In this document: in pieces, positions 60,697-64,000 of the stretch
Layout of the letters: the number at the start of each line of letters is the position of its first letter
Position numbering within the stretch: the stretch's first letter is position 1
Source of the DNA: a virus
DNA length: 64,000 nt
Strand: one strand, 5' to 3'
Virus record (IMG/VR): IMGVR_UViG_3300044510_000078
Made by a program: the position numbers and the translations under genes
Notes under the pieces: generated by a model
The model's database searches: none
What the model was told of the DNA's origin: nothing
What the model saw: only the letters and a program-made list of their open reading frames with translations

Positions 60697-60727
60697 TAAA
60701 AAACAAAAGAGCCTATTAATAGGCTCT
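60697..60727 (-). terminator. Palindromic hairpin + T-tract upstream of phoH
   Basis: AGAGCCTATTAATAGGCTCT followed on the minus strand by TTTGTTTTTTT. Confidence 0.7.
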
Positions 60728-60774
60728 CAGCATTTATTATTTTTTCCCACAATAATATTTACACTAGAAAAGAT

Positions 60775-61422
60775 TTAGAATCCGAAGATTTTTGTGTTAA
60801 ATTTATGCTTCTCTTCTCCCATAGCTTGATGACAATTTAATTTTAATCCAGCAGCATAGAGAATAAATAATAAACAAGTATGAAAAGCCATGCCATTAGA
60901 AATTTTCTCAAAATGTCCATAAAAGTAAGGAGAACTAAATACATATCCAAATAATCCAGATAATCCAACAAAATAAATTAAAGAACCTATTAACTCAAGC
61001 CTTTTATATTTTTTTTCTGTATTAAAACACACTACTAATCCACTCAAACCTATCAAGAGAAATCCAATAAGGGTAAACAAAGACGGGAACCCGGCCCTTA
61101 TTGTCTTTTCTAAATTTTCACCAAAATTAAAAATAGAAAGTGACGCCAATCCTCCAACCATCAATAAAATCCAATTTGAGCAAATTGAAACAACAATATC
61201 ACAAAACTTATTTTTAGACTGAGCAATTCCACTAGAAGCTATAAGCATTATAGCGCTTAAAACAAAAGACACGGCTGTAAATATTTTCATGCTTTCGCCC
61301 CACTCTATCCATTTTGTATAAATGTCCTGATTGGTTTCCCAGCCATATAGCGTCACTAATGCGGTAATAAGAATAGCAAAAGGGATACTTTGGGCGCAAA
61401 ATTTGATTAACTTTTCTTTCAT
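60775..61422 (-). CDS. Multi-pass membrane protein (about 6 TM)
   Basis: Alternating hydrophobic segments; MKIFTAVSF and MAFHTCLLF motifs resemble the membrane input module of some sensor kinases, here stand-alone. Confidence 0.7.
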   Translation of the reverse strand: MKEKLIKFCAQSIPFAILITALVTLYGWETNQDIYTKWIEWGESMKIFTAVSFVLSAIMLIASSGIAQSKNKFCDIVVSICSNWILLMVGGLASLSIFNFGENLEKTIRAGFPSLFTLIGFLLIGLSGLVVCFNTEKKYKRLELIGSLIYFVGLSGLFGYVFSSPYFYGHFEKISNGMAFHTCLLFILYAAGLKLNCHQAMGEEKHKFNTKIFGF

Positions 61423-61423
61423 A

Positions 61424-61678
61424 TTAAGGAGTCGGAAGTTGAGGAGTTTTCATAATCAATAAAATTAAAGAACTCATCACCGCAAGAAGAATTGTCCCAA
61501 CCATGCCGTAAACAATTGTTTTTACGGGTTTGAATTCGTCTTGTTTGACGTAATGAAGTTCGAGCATTTCTTTAATCTGTTTGACATCATTCAAAACGGT
61601 ATCGAGTTTCGCAGTGTTAATGGCTTGAGATTTGGCTTCTTCTAGTTCTTCTTTTGTATATTTTTTTGTTTCGTCCAT
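61424..61678 (-). CDS. Holin-like small membrane protein
   Basis: 84 aa; coiled-coil N-terminus (KLDTVLNDVKQIKE) and a single C-terminal TM. Confidence 0.45.
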   Translation of the reverse strand: MDETKKYTKEELEEAKSQAINTAKLDTVLNDVKQIKEMLELHYVKQDEFKPVKTIVYGMVGTILLAVMSSLILLIMKTPQLPTP

Positions 61679-61709
61679 AAGTCATTAGTTATATATTATA
61701 TACTTAGAA

Positions 61710-62225
61710 TTATTTTTTAGAAAATTCAAGAAGATTTTTAAGAAGTTCTGGGCTTCCTTTGATTCTTTTATATATTTCGGCGTCGGTTTTTAGTTGAGTT
61801 TCTAGGTCAATAGAATTATGAAAGTAATGGTGAAGTTCATGCGAAAGAACCGCTCCAAAAAATAACATTTGATTAACGTCATTCGTTTCTTTTGGGCGAG
61901 AATGGCCAATATCTAAAAGAATAATTTTGTTTGTATAAAAAGGCGTGACATCTTTTGTAACTGTTAGTCCATAAAACGCTGGCATATCTGACCAATAAAT
62001 TTGTTGGGGAAGATACGGATACACCTGAGAATGGTCAACAATTGCGACCATTTTTAGGGCTTGTTCGGCTAACTTACGTTCGGATTCATTAAATTCGCGC
62101 CCTATTTTAATTTCAATTGCTTTTTCTTTAGGTAAAAATGGAGCCAAATTTTTTGGATTTAATAGGCATCCAGACCCACACGCTCCAACGAGCGACATCA
62201 TTAAGGCCAGAATCAAAGCTTTCAT
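61710..62225 (-). CDS. Putative lipoprotein with HExxH zinc-metallopeptidase motif
   Basis: MKALILALMMSLVGAC lipobox-like leader; VLSHELHH. Confidence 0.6.
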   Translation of the reverse strand: MKALILALMMSLVGACGSGCLLNPKNLAPFLPKEKAIEIKIGREFNESERKLAEQALKMVAIVDHSQVYPYLPQQIYWSDMPAFYGLTVTKDVTPFYTNKIILLDIGHSRPKETNDVNQMLFFGAVLSHELHHYFHNSIDLETQLKTDAEIYKRIKGSPELLKNLLEFSKK

Positions 62226-62537
62226 CTAAAGGAATTACACTTCTTTTTAAATAAAATTTTTTATATTTTTTGATGAGATTCTTTTATTTATCTAAACAGG
62301 ACTAATTTTCGGTGGGGGGGAGACAGTATAAGGGATAATGTTTTTAGTTTTGGATTTTTTTATTTTTGTTTGTTTGGGTTTTGGAGGTTTGGGGAGACTG
62401 AACACAACCACCCTACTCGGTTTTTTGAACTGGATTTTCGTAATTTTTTCAAAAATAGGCATACCCCCCCCCGATGTAGTGGTTTGAATTTTAGACTGCT
62501 ACAATAGGTTGTGTTATCTTTTTTTAATAAAAATCTG

Positions 62538-62566
62538 TTGACTTTTCTGCCGTCATAGGCTAATCT
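62538..62566 (+). promoter_or_regulatory. sigma70 early promoter TTGACT-17-TAATCT
   Basis: A/T-tract upstream; ATG 6 nt after the -10. Confidence 0.75.
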
Positions 62567-62572
62567 TCTCAC

Positions 62573-62776
62573 ATGGAAAAGAAAGTCATTCAATACATCG
62601 TCAGAGAGTCCTACGGAAACTCCCTCGAATACATCGCCAATCCTGCTGACGCTCGCCTTGTCGAGCTGCTTACGGGCAGGAAAACCATCAACTCTGTCAT
62701 CCGCGAGCTGATTCGTGACCTGAGTGGCGGACGTATCCAGTTTGAGGAAGTCTGGTATCGGCACGCGAACAACTAA
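62573..62776 (+). CDS. Small early protein (67 aa)
   Basis: Own promoter; opposite strand to the late region. Confidence 0.7.
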   Translation: MEKKVIQYIVRESYGNSLEYIANPADARLVELLTGRKTINSVIRELIRDLSGGRIQFEEVWYRHANN

Positions 62777-62892
62777 GCGCGTCTAAGACCTTCTCTGGCA
62801 AGGAGATAGGTCGTCAAGGGGCGGACGCTCTAAGGCTTTAGCTTTCAAGGGTTTGGGACTTAATAAATCTCATGTTTTTTTGAAAATTGTTC

Positions 62893-62920
62893 TTGCATTT
62901 AGCGGAAAACCTACTACAAT
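62893..62920 (+). promoter_or_regulatory. sigma70 early promoter TTGCAT-16-TACAAT
   Basis: ATG at 62933. Confidence 0.6.
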
Positions 62921-62932
62921 TTCCCCTAGAAA

Positions 62933-63130
62933 ATGAAAAACGAAATGAATCCAAATTCCAATCCTCAGTCTCCCTCAAATCCAGTCCCGGTTGTCAAGAC
63001 CGATGCTAACCAGTTTTCCAGCCTGTTCGACGACCCGAAGTTCAGGGCGTCGTATATCGTGATGGAAAAGCGTCGCGGAAGATTGCGTGTCAGGGCTTGG
63101 CAACGTCGCAATGGACACGACTGGCCGTAA
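62933..63130 (+). CDS. Small early protein (65 aa)
   Basis: Own promoter; its stop TAA lies inside a 27-bp site. Confidence 0.65.
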   Translation: MKNEMNPNSNPQSPSNPVPVVKTDANQFSSLFDDPKFRASYIVMEKRRGRLRVRAWQRRNGHDWP

Positions 63131-63226
63131 TCGCTTGAGTATCAAAGACTTGCGTTTGCGCCCGTCGCTTTTGTAAGTGTTTGCATATCAGGGTTTTGTA
63201 GCTTCACAAAAAATGTAAAATTTTTC

Positions 63227-63255
63227 TTGCTTTTTTGGGTAAATTACACAATAAT
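63227..63255 (+). promoter_or_regulatory. Possible sigma70 early promoter TTGCTT-17-AATAAT
   Basis: Imperfect -10; ATG 6 nt later at 63262; same position relative to the site pair as in the other units. Confidence 0.45.
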
Positions 63256-63261
63256 TTAGCC

Positions 63262-63567
63262 ATGAAAACAAACACGACATTCAAAGAGATGAACACAAAC
63301 CACTATGCCGTCGCTGACCCTGCTATGGTGGGCGCACTTGGAGCGTTGGTTGACGCTTACAATGATGAACTCAAAGCGTTGGAAGGCAGGTTTAATGCTC
63401 GCGCCAACGATATTCTTGTCAACGCCATTGTTCCGCGCAGGGAAGGAACTTGCAAGAAAGCAACCATTTTGAACGTAGCAGCAATCCACGGCGACACCGT
63501 TTTCGTGACAACCGCTGATGCCCGTGGAGTTCTTACAGAAGCCTATATCCATGCTGGCATAGAGTAG
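63262..63567 (+). CDS. Small early protein (101 aa; likely start 63262)
   Basis: MKTNTTFKEMNTNHYAVADP...; helix then small beta-barrel-like C-terminus. Confidence 0.65.
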   Translation: MKTNTTFKEMNTNHYAVADPAMVGALGALVDAYNDELKALEGRFNARANDILVNAIVPRREGTCKKATILNVAAIHGDTVFVTTADARGVLTEAYIHAGIE

Positions 63568-63692
63568 AGGGAAACATCAGTCTTTTACGTAACCCCCTTA
63601 ATCCCGAATGGGTTACGTGGCGGCTGGGCGCTTTTATAAACGCTTCTGCATTAGGGTGTTACATATATGAAGACTTTACTTTAGAAAAAGAT

Positions 63693-63721
63693 TTGACAAT
63701 TCGCGCTTCTAGTGATAGACT
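63693..63721 (+). promoter_or_regulatory. sigma70 early promoter TTGACA-17-TAGACT
   Basis: ATG at 63731. Confidence 0.75.
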
Positions 63722-63730
63722 TCTCCAATC

Positions 63731-63934
63731 ATGCGTTGCGAAGATTATCCTTGCTGTGGTCACGAGGACGGCGGTTGCCCGAACTCTGACGGAACCTTTA
63801 ACTGCTGCACTTGCGGAGCCAAGCTCCCAATTGATAGCACTAGCGCGATGTGCCGTCGTTGCCATCGTGAGATGGACAGGCGAGAGGACGGTTATGAGAT
63901 GGGCGGCGATTATGATTACTCGATGAACTACTAA
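63731..63934 (+). CDS. Cys-rich small early protein (RCEDxPCC motif + zinc ribbon)
   Basis: MRCEDYPCCGHEDGGCP...CCTCGAKL......CRRCH; its stop TAA lies inside a 27-bp site. Confidence 0.7.
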   Translation: MRCEDYPCCGHEDGGCPNSDGTFNCCTCGAKLPIDSTSAMCRRCHREMDRREDGYEMGGDYDYSMNY

Positions 63935-64000
63935 ACCCTTCGGGAATAAGTAGTTACAGGCCCGCCCGCCGCCCTTGTAAGTCCTTGATATTCAACGTAA

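Larger units (their letters stand above)
62476..64000. repeat. Array of 27-bp quasi-palindromic sites, mostly in pairs with 19-20-bp GC-rich spacers
   Basis: Consensus STAA-n3-CTT-n7-AAG-n3-TTAS (degenerate). Sites: 62476-62502 (single); 62783-62809 + 62830-62856; 63127-63153 + 63173-63199; 63589-63616 (28 bp) + 63636-63662; 63931-63957 + 63977-64000 (truncated). Confidence 0.75.

Noticed and set aside
62360-62764. 134-aa minus-strand ORF at the boundary
   Set aside because: Antisense to a promoter-supported early gene and runs through low-complexity non-coding sequence.
62476-64000. CRISPR array or canonical integron attC sites
   Set aside because: The repeats are degenerate and separated by whole genes. 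Only one unit is bounded by TAAC...GTTA, the RYYYAAC/GTTRRRY cores are not consistent, and no cas or intI gene is in the window.

Overview
The window is most of the morphogenesis (late) module of a large tailed dsDNA phage. A tail tube gene and a 2811-aa tape measure with no sheath gene between them suggest a siphovirus-like virion. The minus strand carries sigma factor, ERCC4 nuclease, TerL, portal, prohead protease/scaffold, capsid, head-tail, tail tube, tape measure and tail-tip genes. An abrupt switch at about 62.3-62.5 kb leads into a visibly more GC-rich, plus-strand early region. A DUF1501 + planctomycete-cytochrome (PSCyt/DUF1549/DUF1553-type) gene pair points to a Planctomycetota/Verrucomicrobiota host (inference). 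Most notable: (1) a tape measure whose middle is an array of enzyme-like cargo domains separated by nine GxxPNFA-type linkers; (2) the exported heme-protein/DUF1501 pair inserted in the head module behind a putative phage late promoter; (3) an early-region array of promoter + ORF units separated by paired 27-bp quasi-palindromic sites; (4) a phage ECF-like sigma with a Cys-rich insert and a GTGTAA late-promoter motif; (5) a probable virion glycosylation system; (6) a Whirly-like SSB with a Rad52-like annealase. A >1327-codon ORF at 1-3981 is missing from the supplied ORF track. All family assignments come from motif recognition by eye; no database searches were run.
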